This document shows, piece after piece, positions 28,306 through 42,407 of a stretch of 64,000 nt of DNA; positions within the stretch are counted from its first letter, which is position 1; every line of letters starts with the position of its first letter. The notes beneath the pieces are model-generated. The model did no database searches and was not told where the DNA came from. It saw only the letters and a program-made list of their open reading frames with translations. The DNA is from the human T2T-CHM13v2.0 reference genome, Homo sapiens: assembly GCF_009914755.1 (NCBI RefSeq), contig NC_060926.1. One strand, given 5' to 3'. The position numbers were made by a program, and so were the translations under genes.

Positions 28306-30689
28306 TATGCCTATATAGTTTAATTGGGAAAATTCATATTTGCCTTGGTTCTTATAATAGCAACAAAAATGATGAAAACATTGTTATTATTGTATAACTC
28401 TCACTGAGGACAACATTTTTTAAAATAGATAATGGGAATTTGACACAGTTGCAAGAGAAATAGCTTTTAATCCAAGGAATCCCCAAAGCACAAATCATTC
28501 TATGAAAATGTTAGGAATCTGAGGCTCAAAGAAGAGACTTGAAGCCTTGCCAATAGTCCTTTATCTAGAAAGCAATCTGGAGCCTAACCAGGGATTTGAC
28601 TTTCAGACCAGTGAGTTCCTTTTTCCAGGTTGCTTTTAACCTGAAGTGTTTAGATCACAAGTGTTACTGGTTCTTTACTTCCTTAGCATTCAGTCCCACT
28701 GAACTTTTTATTGAGTAGTGTGTATATCATAACAAAATCTCAGCACTCTAAAAAATTGCAAAATTCTTTCTATTGTTAAACAGAATTGTATCAGCATCAT
28801 GATACAATTTGATGGGGGAGTATGCATTCATAAGACAGTATCACGAGACAGATAATAAAGTATTTTCCTGGTAGATGGAAAATCTAAAGAATCTTCTGGT
28901 GGGTTGATATGTCATGAGAAGAAATAAAATGTAACTAATTCCAGCAAACCTTTGTATTAACACATGTAACAAGAGGAGACAAAAACTAGGTTTGTCCATC
29001 ATTTCCCTTGGCTTTATTCTAAATTGGCGCAGTTAACCTCTGTGTTTCTGAAGGGCTAAATTGCTGTTACTTCTCCTATTCCCTCTGGGCCTAGGAAAGG
29101 CAGATCAATGAGGACAAAAAATACTTTTGTGTTTCAGGAACACGAGGGGGATCAATTAAGGTGCCAAAGCTGAGCTAATGCTTTGAGTTGAGGAGGCGGT
29201 ATTATAAGGGCGTTTAGAGAAGAGAGGTGTTCTGAAAGTGTTGTAGGTCTTTCTGAGGCTAGAAGGCACCATCAGTCTCTCCAGTGGGAGATATTCTTGA
29301 CCCTAAGATGCCAATATCATTCATGAGGTAGTCTAGGGATTCTAGAGGTGGGGACATAACATTAGTAACTATGGCCATAAGCGTCACAGTGAACAATATC
29401 CATCCCGGCAAAGAAGACTCCTGAGGGCCCCATCTGAGAAATAGTAACAGCAAAGTCCTGTGTGGACCAATGACCAGAGTGCCCTGCTCCAAATGTTCTG
29501 GAGTGACCCAAGAAGAACTCGAGCCTAAACAAAACTTCCTTCCAGAAATATAGGAGGGAACTCGGAGCAGATTCATGATTAAGATAAATTTAAAAAGAAC
29601 TTGGGAACTCAATTTCATTCAACTAACCAAAAGCCTTGCCCACTCAGATCAATTCTATTTTCCTTTTTTTGTCTTCGTGCATATCCTCCATCTAAACTTT
29701 GTTTGAGGTGAGAAAGATAGGTTGAGGAAAAAACCATGAAAGTTATTTCCTGGCATCTCACCCAGGAATGAGTGATGAACAGAGCCTGGAAACAACTTTA
29801 AAAGCCAATTTCTTTGCTCATATGAGGTCATGAGGTTGCTCTTTGCAACTCTCTGGGCACCAGAATGAATGAAAGTGGCACAAAACACACCCAAGGTTTA
29901 TCATTGATTTACAGTGATTGATGGCTGGTCTTGTCTGATTGTGCTACATTGGCAAACCATCCATCATCCCAAACAAACTCTGTACTCCATAGTCCAATAT
30001 ACAGTTACATGTGGCCAAAGGGTTTAGGATTTTTCTTTCTCTTTCTTTCTTTCTTCTTCTTTTTTTTTCCCCCAGAGAGCAGTTGGTGGTGGGGTGGGAG
30101 GAGAAAGAGAACAAGTTGCTTCCTTTTACAAAACTGCAAAGTAGTTGTCTGTTAAGAAGAAAGTACTCTGATGACACATGCTGAATTCCTGTTAAGTTTA
30201 TGTAGGAGTTTATTCATTTCCATTAAGCAAACCACATTTTCGACATTTCCCACACTTTCCTTAGGCTGGGTCTTCCTCAAGATTTTTTTTTTTATAAGGC
30301 CTAATATTTGTCCTTCTCAGAGAATCAGTCATTCCTAATTCCCAGACCAATCGTGGATGGAGACAGGAAGTTCATTTTTGTAAGATACCTAGAAATGATT
30401 ATTGAAGTACTCATTACTCAAAACATAGAAGATAATGTATAAGGAAAGAGATGTAACACGCAATCCCTTCTTAACTTTAAGATCCCTACATCTCAAAGAG
30501 TAACCTCACTCTTTCCTTCCCCTATGTTTCCTAGGAGTTGATATTCATAAGTAGTTAGCTGTAATTACATCTTTTACCCATTTAATATAAAAGTAAGATC
30601 ATGCTGTGTATGAGGTTGCCCATTTTTCCCCACATAAGATTATATTTTGAGTGTTTCAACCAGGTCATTGCAAAATCTTCAAATGCCTG

Positions 30690-31490
30690 ATTCTTCAGGA
30701 TGACCAGGAATGTATTAGCATCTTCTGACTGACTCAGCTGGGTTAAGTGGACTGCTTGGGGTGTGCCACTGCAGCACTGAGGTTGAGTCCACCCATTCTG
30801 AATCACCAGTGCTGTTATCTCACCCATGACATGACTTCTCCTGCTCACCTCTGAGCTCTAGGGGTCAGTTCAGGATCTAGCTCACTCCTCACACCCTGCA
30901 GTGCCTCTAGTCACAGAATCTCAGGTCCAACTTTGCTGCAGGTGCCATAGTTCCTAGAACTTGGCTTTTTCCTCAGTCATCATTCAGGCCCCTGTTTTTA
31001 GACAGTCATGAGGACCAGGCTTTGCTCTGTCCATGTGTGGTACCTCTCCACATCTCTTTTCTATACATCCATCCTTTTAGAATGCCAAGAGAGATGCTGT
31101 TCTGGCTTGACGTTGGAGTATCACTTTCTTAGATCTCCCCTTATTCTTCCTCGCCTCCCCGATGCTGCATTCTGACAATCTCTTAGCAAGTTCCACTGTG
31201 CCCTGGACCCTGGTATTATGCCAGTGTCATGATTGTGTGTAGCTCTATTACATGGATACACTCCTTTTTCCTAGCTATTAACCTCAGTCCTGCCTTCTAC
31301 CATCATCAACTCCTAATTCCTACATAAACAAATTTACTGTGGCTTCAGTAGCTGTAAGCTAGTTGGTTGAAGGAATTGCACCAGGTTCGTTGATACCCAG
31401 ATTCTCCCTCTTTGGGTAGTTCTATCAAAGTGACATATCATCTGGATGCCTTTTATGACTTCTAGTGTTAACATCTCCCCAGAGGCTTCC
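30690..31490. mobile_element. Probable old LTR/ERV-derived segment, family unassigned
   Basis: GC-richer LTR-like composition (CTCAGCTGGG...CTCAGGTCCAAC); no diagnostic motif recognised. Confidence 0.25.
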
Positions 31491-31499
31491 TCTTGGCTC

Positions 31500-31683
31500 A
31501 TTGACTTAAACTACGGGAATTTTTCCCCACTGGGGACATTTGGCAATGTCTGGAGACATTTTTGGTTGTCACACCTAGAGGAACGCTGCTGGAATCTGGT
31601 GAGTAGAGGCCAATGATGCTGCTAAACATTATACAAGGCACAGAACTAGCCCGCACAATGAAGAATTAAGTGGCTCAAAATGT
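31500..31683 (+). mobile_element. MER20 (hAT-Charlie), interrupted near its 3' end
   Basis: GGGGACATTTGGCAATGTCTGGAGACATTTTTGGTTGTCAC...GATGCTGCTAAACAT...CAAAATGT; the terminal GAAATCCTG reappears at 32129-32137. Confidence 0.9.
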
Positions 31684-32128
31684 TGGTGGATATGGTTAGC
31701 TAGATCATGTTGAGTTTTTCCTTTATATTTATAAGAGATGTTGTTCTGTATCTTTCTTCACTTGTGATGTCTGTGTCTGGTTTTGGCATCAGGGTAATTC
31801 TGGCCTCTTAGAATGAGTTGGGAAGTAGTTGGTAAGTGTTCTCTCCTATTTTAATTTTTGGAAGAGTGCATAAAAGTTGGTACTGATTCTTCTTTATATG
31901 TTAGGTAGAATTTATTAGTGATGCCGTCTGGGGTGGGGATTATATTTGTGAGAAGTCTTTAAATTCCAAACTCAATCTCTTTACTTGTTATATGTTGTCC
32001 CAAACTGTATTTTTGTAGTTCTAAAAGTGGATGCATTTCCCTCTTATTTGAGAAAGCCAAAACTCATTGAAATATTATCTTTGGTATCTTGGTGAGGGAG
32101 AGGAAATAGAATAATTTCTCCAAATGCA
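31680..32128 (-). repeat. Inverted copy of 34708-35143 (L1 ORF2 fragment plus non-L1 flank)
   Basis: The reverse complement aligns over the whole length, e.g. GATGCATTTCCCTCTTATTTGAGAAAGCCAAAACTCATTGAAATATTATCTTTG vs CAAAGATAATATTTCAATGAGTTTTGGCTTTTTCAAATAAGAGGGAAATGCATC. Confidence 0.92.
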
Positions 32129-32999
32129 GAAATCCTGCCTTAAGCTGTACACACCATAGCCCATGAGCATATGATGCCACACTTACCTCTGGCTCAAGGC
32201 ACACTGTACCTCCCCTTTCTCTGTGATTCTCAGGGACACATTCAACACTCCTTCCTCCACCTGCCTAACTCAATAATAGTGGATAGATGTACTACCACAC
32301 CTTGGATCCTCTTTATTAAAAATGAATGGCGAGGCCTCACCAAAGAATCTTGAACTTTGTATCACTCTATGAATGACACTAAGCAAGGCACTGTGAATAA
32401 GATACCAGATCCTTCATGCTCTGGTACTTTTAGGCTAACATGGAAAATAAAATATGTTCACATATGACTTCTTAATATCCATATCAGTGCACTCTGACAT
32501 GAATCTGTCCAAGTAATTAATTTCATGGAATGTGGCTACTCCTGGCCTCTTCCCACCCTCCTAAGTCCCAGTCTTCAATTCTGGATAGGCACTCTAACAA
32601 AAAAAATCTGAATAAAACTAAATTAACATCCAAAAATGATGTATAAAATACGCCAAGCCAGTAATTTCATAAGGAAGCCAAATTCCTTGTGCTGCCAAAA
32701 TTCTTATCTGGTGATATCCTTCACTTCACCTAATAATTTATATGTTCTAATGAATGAGAAAATGAAACAATTTGGTTCCTTTTTAGTGAAATATATTTTT
32801 ACTCTCCATTACCATGAGCTTCCTCTCTGCTCTTGGTTTTTCCTTTGCTTTTCTACGTAGCTGAAATCAGAGACACTTGTCTTCCCAGTTAGCTCTCAGC
32901 TTGTCTCTCTATTTTCCCTGATATCCTTTTAATCTCACCTCTCTCTGGTATTTTTTCTATATTGAGTAGAATGATGGAAGTTGTTAGCTGGTTATATAC

Positions 33000-33800
33000 A
33001 AGCTACAATGGGAGTAGGGAGGAGGGGATTTCACGTCCATCTGGGATTTAGTGTACCTATGGAGGAGGTGGCACTGGGCAGAAGGACTCTCTAGTACAAG
33101 GGACAAGCATGGGGAAAGGCATCCTTGCAAGGAAGTCCACGACATGCTCTCAAACAGAAAAGGATAAGTTTTGATTGGAATGTAGTGGGTGTGAGAAGGA
33201 TCAGTGAGTAGAAAGGCTAGAAATGTAGATCTGAGACAGATAATTGAAGGCTTTGACTTATAAGCCTGAGAATTTAGACATTATAAGCAATAAGGACTCA
33301 CTGAAGAGAGTGTGTTATAATCTAAGCTGCACTACAGCAGGGTTATTTTAGCAGCAGCTTGAAAGATAAGGGGCAGCATGGACTTCAGACTCAGAAGACT
33401 AAATCTGTATGCTAGCACTGCCATGTACTAGCTGAGTGAACCAGGAGAGGTCATCAAAATGGGGTTGGCAATACATACCCAGCAGTGCTTTGCCATGGAG
33501 TGGAGAGAATGGGTTTCAAAAACCAGAGCTGAGCCTGGCAGGTGTAAGCACTCAGTAAGTGTTCACTGGGAAAAGGCAATATTGGAGGCAGAAATATTTA
33601 AGAATGTTTCTCAATAGTATGAGTAAAAGCTGTGAGGGACTGAGGAAAAAGGAAGGATTGTGAAAGATAATGTAAAGGAAGAATCTCTAGATCTTGAAAA
33701 AAGTGAAAAGGAAAAAAATAGATGATGACTGATGTGTTGATAATTGGTGACAGGAAGATGTAATTATCAGAGATAGAAACAGCAGATAAGGAAAATATTT
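33000..33800. mobile_element. Degenerate L2 (antisense) with a nested MIR-like fragment (~33370-33570)
   Basis: Purine-rich L2-like sequence; GCATGGACTTCAGACTCAGAAGAC...ACTAGCTGAGTGA...AAGCACTCAGTAAGTGTT is MIR-like. Confidence 0.5.
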
Positions 33801-33879
33801 GGTAATTTTAATAAGAATCATACATGACAATTTGGTTTCTTGGCTAGTTATTTCTGGAAATAATATCAATTATAATAGT

Positions 33880-34100
33880 AGCTAAAGAGTAAATAGCACT
33901 TAATTCTCATATAAATTTTCATGGTAGGCACTACATTAGGTATTATATATTGACCCTACTTTAAAAAATTAAGCAACTGAGGCGCAGATAGGCTAAATAA
34001 ATTGCTCATGCTCAAATAACTATCTGAATCAGGCATTAATCGCAGGCACTCTGATTTCAGAATCAGGAAGCTTAATCTCTGCTTAATCTCTATGTTACAC
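33880..34100 (-). mobile_element. MIR
   Basis: AAGCAACTGAGGCGCAGATAGGCTAAATAAATTGCTCA... antisense MIR core. Confidence 0.65.
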
Positions 34101-34834
34101 TGAAAAGGATTGAAAGCCTAGAATAAGTTCTAAAATACTCAGCTTTTCTGAAGGAGTGGTCAGGCCTCCCTAGCCTACTATGGAGAACTATGTAAGTTGT
34201 ACTATGTTACTGACTTTTCAATGAAACAGATATAAATTATAATTAACAAATGAAGATTTTAAGAATTACTCTGTATCTTTATTTTATTGAAATGAATTCA
34301 AATCCAACCAAGACTCCATTCTATTAAGATGTAAAGAGACTTTCAGATGTTAGTGCTACTCTTGACAGAGCTATGGTAAAATCATTGGTCTTAGGTAGAG
34401 CAAGACCTAAGACTCTGTTGGGGAACTTCTATAGTCATTAGTCATAAATCCACATTACATACTGCTGAGGCTCCATTTATATCAGCCTACATAGACATGT
34501 TCAGGCCTGGTTTCTCTGCAGTTCCCAGGGTCCCTACTGGCAGGGAAAAGTTGGAGATCATGGGAATCCAAACATTATGTCCATTGACCTTTTTTGCATC
34601 ACGTCCCTTCTATAACATCCTTGTCCCTTCCACAGAACTATGCCAGTGACTGATACACCTTATATCTCTCCAGTGCAGAAAAGTCTCTCCTTCTCCTTTC
34701 TTGTTGATGCATTTGGAGATATTCTCCTTTTTATCCTCCACATCACCAAGACATCAAAGATAATATTTCAATGAGTTTTGGCTTTTTCAAATAAGAGGGA
34801 AATGCATCTGCTTTTAGAACTACAAAAATACAGT

Positions 34835-37800
34835 TTGGAACAACATGTAACAAGTAAAGAGATTGAGTTGGGAATTTAAAGACTTCCCACAAATATAATC
34901 CCCACCCCAGATGCCATTTCTGATGAATTCTACCTAACATATAAAGAAGAATCAGTACCGACTCTTTATGCATTCTTCCAAAAATCAGAATAGGAGAGAA
35001 CATTTTCTAACTAATTTTAAGAGGCATAGTATTACTCTGATACCAAAACCAGACAAAGACACCACAAGTCAAGAAAGCGAACAATATCTCATATAGACCA
35101 AAAAACCCTGAATATAATACTAGCTAACCATATCCACCAACATATACCAAGGATCATACACCACAACCAAGTGGGATTTATCCCAGGAATACCGGGTTGG
35201 TTTAGCATCTGAAAATTAATTAATGGAATAGATGCAGAAAAAGCATTTGTCAAGATCCAATACCATTTCATAGCAAAAGCACTCAATAAATTGAGGATTG
35301 AAGGGAACTTTATCAACCTGCTAAAAGTCATCCACAAAAATCCCACAGCTAACCTCATATGTAATGGTGAATGACTGAAAGCTTTACCCCCAAGATCAGG
35401 AAGAAGACAAGGACATCACTCTCGCCACTTACATTCAACATTTTACTGGTGGTTCTAGCAAGAGTAATTAGGCAAGAAAAATAAATAAAAGACATCCTGA
35501 TTGGAAAAATGAAATTAAACTGTTTGTATTTGTAGAAGTCATGGTTTTGTACACAGAAAATCCTAAAGAATCTATGAAAACCTTAGAGAAAATAAATGAG
35601 TTCAGTATGCAGGACACAATAACATCATACAAAGGTCAATTATATTTCCATATACTAGCAATGAATGACCTGATAATGAAATTTTAAAAAAAGTCATGAA
35701 AAAGACTAAAATGCTTAGGAATAAAGTGAACAAAAGAAGTATAAAATATATACCTTAAAATTACAAAATATTGTTGAAAAAAGCTAACAAGACAATTTAA
35801 ATAATTGGAAAGACATCTGATATTCATGGATCAGAAGATTTAATGTTGTTAAGGTGGCAATGCTCTCCAAAGTATCTACAGAGTCAATACAATCCTTATC
35901 AATATCTCACTTGGGTTTTGTGCAGAATTTCACAAGCTGGTCCTGAAACTCATAAGAAAATCCAAGGAACCAAGAGCAGTCAAAATAATCTTGAAAAGGA
36001 ACAAAGTTGAGGGGTTCATACTTCTCAATTTAAAAACCTACCACAGAGCTATATGAATCAAGACATTTTGGTACTCACATAAAAACAGATTCATAATGTG
36101 TTAGTCCATTTGCATTCCTATGAAGAAATATGAAGAAAAGATGTTTAACTGGCTCATAGTTCTGCAGGCTGTACAAGCATGGCACTGGTAACTGCCTGGC
36201 TTCTGGTGGGGCCTCAGGGAGATTTTAATTATGATGAAAGTTGAAGCAGGAACAGGAGCATCACATGGTGAGAGAAGGAACGAGAGAGAGAGAGAGAGGG
36301 AGGAGGTGCCACACTCTTTTAAACAACCAGCTCTTGCATTAATTCAGAATGAGAACTCACTCATTACAAGGAGGATGGTACCAAATCATTCATGAGGGAC
36401 CCACTCCCATGACCCAAATACCTCTCACCAGGCCTTGCTTCCAATACTGAGGATTACATTTCAATATGAGATTTGGAGAGGACAAACATCCAAACTATAT
36501 GATCTAGATAAATGGGATACAATGGAAATTCTAGAAATAAATCTTTATGTTTATAATTAATTGATTTTCAATAAGGATGCTAAGACAATTCAATAAGGAA
36601 ACAGTCTTTCAACTGCGACCACTGAAGATCCACATTCAAAAGAAAGAAGTTGCACTCTGCCTCCCATCGCATACAAAAATTAACTCAAAATGGATCACAG
36701 TTGTAAATGTAAGAACTAAAATTATAGAAATCTTTGGAAAAAATATAGAAACACATCTTAATTGTCTTGAATTAGGCAAAGGCTTCTTAGAGATGAGACT
36801 AACAACACAAGTGACAAAAGAAAAATGGTTTGGGCTTCATCAAAACTGAAAGCTTTTGAACTTCAAAGGATGCAATCCAGAAAGTGAAAGGCAGCCTAGA
36901 ATATGGAAGCAAATATTTACAAATCACATATCTGAAAAGGAACTTGTATCTAGACTATGTAAATATTTCTTACAACTTAATGATATAAATGCAAATATTC
37001 CAACTGAAATTTGGCAAAGGGTGTGAATAGAAGCTCCTTCAAAGAAGACATGCAAAGGACCGATAAGCTCATGAAAAGGTGCTCCACATCATTAGCCATG
37101 AAGGAGGTGAATATCAAAACATGAGATACCGCTTCACATCTACAGGACAATGGTAATAAGGAAGACAGATAATAACAAGTGAGGGCAAGAAAGTGGGAAA
37201 ATTGAAACCCTCCTACAGTACTGGTGGGAATGTAAAATAGTGCAGACATTTTGAAAAACAGGTGGCAATTTCTCAGAGGCTAAACATAGACTTTTCATAT
37301 GACCAGCAATTCCACTCCTAGGTATATACCCAAGAAAAATAAAAGACATCTGTTCTCGCAAAAAAATCCTTGCACATGATGTTTATAGCAGCATTAATAA
37401 TAATAGCTAGAAAGTGTGAGGTCAAATGTACATTAACTAATGAATGGATAAATAAAATGTGGTGTAGCAATATAATGGAATATTATTCAACCATAAAAAG
37501 GAACTACATATTTGACACACGCTACAACATGTATAAAGCTTGAAAACATCATGCTAAGTAAAAGAAGCTATTCACAAAAGGCCACATATCATAGAATACC
37601 AGTATAGATATGTCTATAAAGACAGAAAGTAAATTAATGGTTGCCTAGGGCAGGGGTGTTTGGGGGGTGATGAAAATATTCTAAAATTGATTATTGGGTT
37701 TAGATGCACACTCTGTGATTCTACTAAAAGTCATTGAATAGTACACTTAAAATGGGCGAATGATGAATGGTACATGAGTTACAGCTCAATAAAGCTGTTA
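34835..37800 (+). mobile_element. 5'-truncated L1 (L1MB-like), ORF2 remnant plus 3'UTR, interrupted by an MST LTR
   Basis: RT-region motifs (CTGATACCAAAACCAGACAAAGAC, AAGTGGGATTTATCCCAGG), GACCAGCAATTCCACTCCTAGGTATATACCCAAGA and terminal CTCAATAAAGCTGTT. Confidence 0.92.
36097..36502 (-). mobile_element. MST (MaLR) solo LTR nested in L1
   Basis: TGTGTTAGTCCATTTGCATT...GGCTCATAGTTCTGCAGGCTGTACAAGCATGG...ACAAACATCCAAACTATAT. Confidence 0.9.
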
Positions 37801-40539
37801 TATACAATAATACTTGATGCAACAAAAATGCTAGCAGCTTTGGGAAGAAGGATGAGGGAAAAACAGAGTAAAACCCAAATTTATATCTTCAGAGAAATAA
37901 CTGAATATACATTATCTGTCTCTTCTGCCATAATATTTTTTTCATGATCCCCTATGAAATTATTTTGGAATGAATGGTATCGAATGGAATAAATATATTC
38001 CAACTGAACTTTGGCAATAGAATGTTCTTGTCACTGCAGAGAAAACAATCAGGATTTCTCTTCTCCCCTCCACCGGATCATTCCCCATCCAGCTTCCCCA
38101 CCCCCAGGCCCATGGTTGGCCACCTGGTCAGCTCTCTGGAAAGGACAAACACTAGCTGATTTAAATATACATTGAGGTATAAACTATTCGTATTTCAAAC
38201 TTTTCCTGAAGCTCATAGGTCCTTGGAAGTTTAGTGTGCCAGAGTATCCCAAAGGAATATCTGCAACCTCTGAAGACAGATTCAGCCAACTTACCATGTT
38301 ACCCAGGATTAGAATTTATGGCAAGGGGGGCAATTTGGTAAGAGAAACTGCCTAAGCTTTAATAATAAAAGCGTGGCTGGGCCATTAAAATTACTATAAA
38401 GTAGCAACTGTTTTAAATTGTCTTTTGAACTGGAACCAGAGATTACTGTTATAGGAGAGTTGGGAGGATTTAGTTAAGGTTTAGGAAGATGTGTGGAATG
38501 TTCAGAGGGATCAAATTGGAGAGAATATTAATAAGAAAGAAATGGCCTTTTTAAAGAAATTATCAGTAGGAAAATGAGGTGGATTGCTGCTGTTTTAGAG
38601 GGGACAAGGAGGGGACAAAACGAAACCAATAATTAATCTTATATGAGACTGAAGGAAATTAAAGTATAATGGATATGAGTGACTTGAGTTTGTTTTGGAC
38701 TAGAGAACCTATTTAATAATGAGGCAACTGCCCAGACTGAAAAGAAATGTTTGGGAAGAGATGAAGACAAGCTTATGAAGACCAAATTTACTGAGCTCTT
38801 AAAATATGATCATGTTGGAGTGAATTTCAAAAGTTATGATTATTAAAACTACTTACTACTTCTCTTCATTTTTATCTTGCCAAATCCTACCAGTTAAAGA
38901 GCACACAACTTAAAACTGCTGCAATGGAACTGAGAGAATTCGCAAAACTTCATTAAAGGTCCCGAATAAACATGCAGAATCTAACAAAAATCAGCTTGTC
39001 TTGGCTTTCAAATGTTGCTTTCCTCTCAAAGTGTCCATAAACCATACATAAAGTTGTAATGGAAGAAATGCTGGTAAGTTGCAAATGTTCTGGAAATATA
39101 GTGATATTTATCTGCTATCAGCATGTATTTCTCACTATGTTTCTCTCTCCCCTCAATAATATAGCAAATACAGGTGATATGTGCTATGGGACTAGAAAGT
39201 CCCAATAAAACCATGATTTAAATATCTAATCATAACTCTTTTAAAAAACAAAGTCCGAAACAGTTATGTTTCCTCTTTAAAGAAAAAAAATGCAAGCAGA
39301 TGAATTTTAGATTCTGGATATAAACATTAATGAGACTATCCAAGCTGGGTGGTAAGAGTTGGGGTGAGAGAGAAGGAAAGATAGAAGGAGGAGGCAGTGT
39401 CACTGGAAATACATTGATGGATTAACAATGAAAAGCGCAACCAGAAGGAAACTGCCTACACATTTTTACGAGAGAAGGTTAATCTAAAATGACACCAGTC
39501 CTGAAAAGGTTAGCTGTCACATTTAACAGCAGGGGCATACAGTGGTCACTGGCTACCTAAGGGAAGAAGTTGGTAAATGACTTTCTTCAGTTCACATACT
39601 TTCTGGAGTGAGCAGCTCTGCATTGACTTTGGCTGGCCTGCATTAGGAAGGCTTGCCATTCCGTGCAACGTTTTGTTAACCTAGCTCAGCAGCAGGTCCT
39701 GATTGGTCATGGGAGAATCTGGGCTAAATGGTATACATTTCCGATGATGTAAAAGTAAATTAGAGAACAGGGCAAGTTATTACACCAGAGAATGTGGGGC
39801 AATGGGGAATAATAAAAATCAGGCTACTCTAATTTCCTTTGAACAACTAAATATATACAGGTCATTATTTCCTGTAATCCGCAGGCCTCCCAATGCAAGT
39901 CCCGGCCTTGTGTTAAAGCCTCTGAGACAAAAACAACAAAATGCAGTGTGGAGAGAAATGAAAAAGGCTGTAATGCTATCTAAAGAATGGATTAAGTACA
40001 GTTTACAGATGCTGGTTTTCTTCCCATTTTGGAATGTTAAATTAGACAACCAAGGAGGAAAACTCACCTGGTTTGAAAAATTCAGATGTTTTCCTAACAG
40101 TAATTTCATTCATGTTCCCTGCAGTGTTTGTTCCGCTACATCGCGGAGGTGGCTGAGCCACAGTTTAACCACATTTTCTTTGCCAAGGCTGGATCATAAA
40201 GGGAATCACAAATTCTTCTTGAATGGGGTTTAGGCTGCACTTAACATTATTTGTCTGGAGACTGATCTTAGTCCTTAATTTCAAGTCTATGCCAAACTCG
40301 GTCTATTTTTACGACACATACAGCATGCCACTTTTATAAGAATGAGGAAGCCTCTTCCAATAGGTACGTAGGTCTGTACACCCCTCCCAACCTCCCAACA
40401 TATGACAACTTCTAGGCACTAAGAAAAGGTTGCATATATGCCTATGACATCCTCTGTGTTGGCAAGAGAATGACTAAGAATGACTCAGTAAGATGAAGCT
40501 TTTACCTGTGTTTTTGGTTGCATAAACCTCTTAAATTCA

Positions 40540-40675
40540 AATGGCCAGATGCACCTATTAAGCGTTCTGATTCTTGCGCATCTAATCAAGCTTGCTGAGG
40601 GGTAGAACTTAAAGTCCATTTTAAATAAGGGCCCCAGAGATTCCTATACATACTAAAGTTTGAAAACCATTGCTA
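40540..40675. mobile_element. MER5-like hAT fragment
   Basis: TTCTGATTC...TTTTAAATAAGGGCCCCAGAGATTC...CTAAAGTTTGAAAACCATTG. Confidence 0.55.
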
Positions 40676-42372
40676 GCCATTCTTCACCTTTTCACAAAAC
40701 TTCTCCAAAGGAGTGCTAGGGATCTTTTTTATTATTATTTTGTGTCTGGGGACCTGTAGAACGATTAATAAATTCATCATGGCTGTACCAGATTTTTGCT
40801 CTATACACTGTAATATTGTGGAGAATTGGATTTTCTTCCTATGATACTAAATACTTGTACTACTAAGTCAGCTTATGATAAAGTCCTGTTGCATTTTCAC
40901 ATGTCCTTATTGTTTCACCCATGGAACGATGCATAATTGACAGTGCTTTCTTCGTGTGGGGAGTCTTGGCTCTCTGGTAGCTAGACCAGGACAGGGAAGC
41001 TGAGGAATGGAAGAGAGCCCTCTCTTTTGGACACTAGACTAGAGACACTAAATTCTTACCTGGTCCCAGTACATCAATCTGGAAAGGCTGGAAAATATCT
41101 GGTGATGGCAAGGGTTAAAATAAGACCCTAGGAATCTGGGAATGTGGATCCAGCAGGTAAGGCTGAAGGGATGGGAGCTTTATGTGAAAGATACAAAGGG
41201 TAGTCTGCCTGGAAAAATGACAAGACACTGCCATCTCATATATGTCTGAACATGAATTTCTTTACTATCAAGCATTATCCCATTTTATTTGGAATATTTC
41301 TGACTTAGGCTTCTTGTCTCATTGAAATCATTAATTTCTCCTCTTTCACTCTCAAAGGTATTCCAGTTTAGATTAAAAATGATATGCACATATACAGGAA
41401 CATCTAGTCCTCCCATTATCTTTGCTGATCTTAAAAATGTGCCACATATCCACATTCTATTATTAAAAGATTATCAATTCCCTTTAAGCCCCTGTCATTT
41501 CTTAGCCTTAGAGTAAGTGTTAATCAGGTGATTTGAGATTGAGAAGACAGTAATATTGAGTGAGATAAATAATACTAATAGGTCCCACCGGTACTAGATG
41601 TGCAGTGCAGGATGGGTGGCATCAAAGAGAATGGTACAGAAAGGGAAGACTGGAAACGAGAAAGGCAAGTCATATCAACTTTACAAGTTTGCTTGAGGTC
41701 ATCCCTGGTACTACCCAAAATCCTGTTACTTCTAATTGTTATTTTTCTTAAAAATATTTATGTTTGTAATTTAGAGCACCTAAACTAAAATGTTTAGAAA
41801 TTATCTTTTTATCCAACCATTGAACGTATTTATTTTTCCAACTTTGCTTAATTATTAATTTGACAAATCTATTTTAAAATTATACCTTTACTCTGATTTA
41901 CCAACTATCAACATTTCTAGCAACTTTTTTTCAGGTTTTCCCCCTATCACCGTCTCTGGTAATAGTCTAAATATTATTAATGATATTTTAGGGGAAAAAA
42001 CGATTCCAGATGTTGGTGTTCTAGAATCATACAAAATTGGACATCTCTATTTAAAGACAGAAATTGCCATAGGTTTTATTAGGTTTGAAAGGCAGAGAAA
42101 AAAGTCAAGCAAAACCGGGGGCTGATATTTAGAATTTAAAGATTTTGAGGAAAAAAATGTCACTTTCATAGAACTAAGTTCCGTTGCCATTGCCAGAGAG
42201 TGTCCCTGAGAAAATAAACATATGCACCCCCTCCAAAAAGGAAAAAAAAAGTGAGAACAGTTTTTTTTTTTTTTTTTTCACTTAATTTGCTGTTTGTTTC
42301 TAAAAAAAAATCCACCCCCACATAGGTCACTTGGAATTCATTTTGTCTACATCCTGGACTGCACGTAGGGAG

Positions 42373-42407
<35 letters not shown>

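Noticed and set aside
29185-29215. GC-box plus TATA-like GGAGGCGGTATTATAAGGG as a promoter
   Set aside because: Short motifs with no supporting CpG island or downstream exon; likely chance.
32129-34707. Spacer as a staggered-break inversion generating the inverted duplicates
   Set aside because: The MER20 terminus appears to resume in the original orientation right after the inverted copy, favouring an insertion. This rests on only ~9 bp, so it is not fully excluded.
39802-40233. Longest ORF (143 aa) as a novel gene
   Set aside because: No recognisable domain, composition typical of translated non-coding DNA, and a length plausible by chance in six frames of 64 kb.
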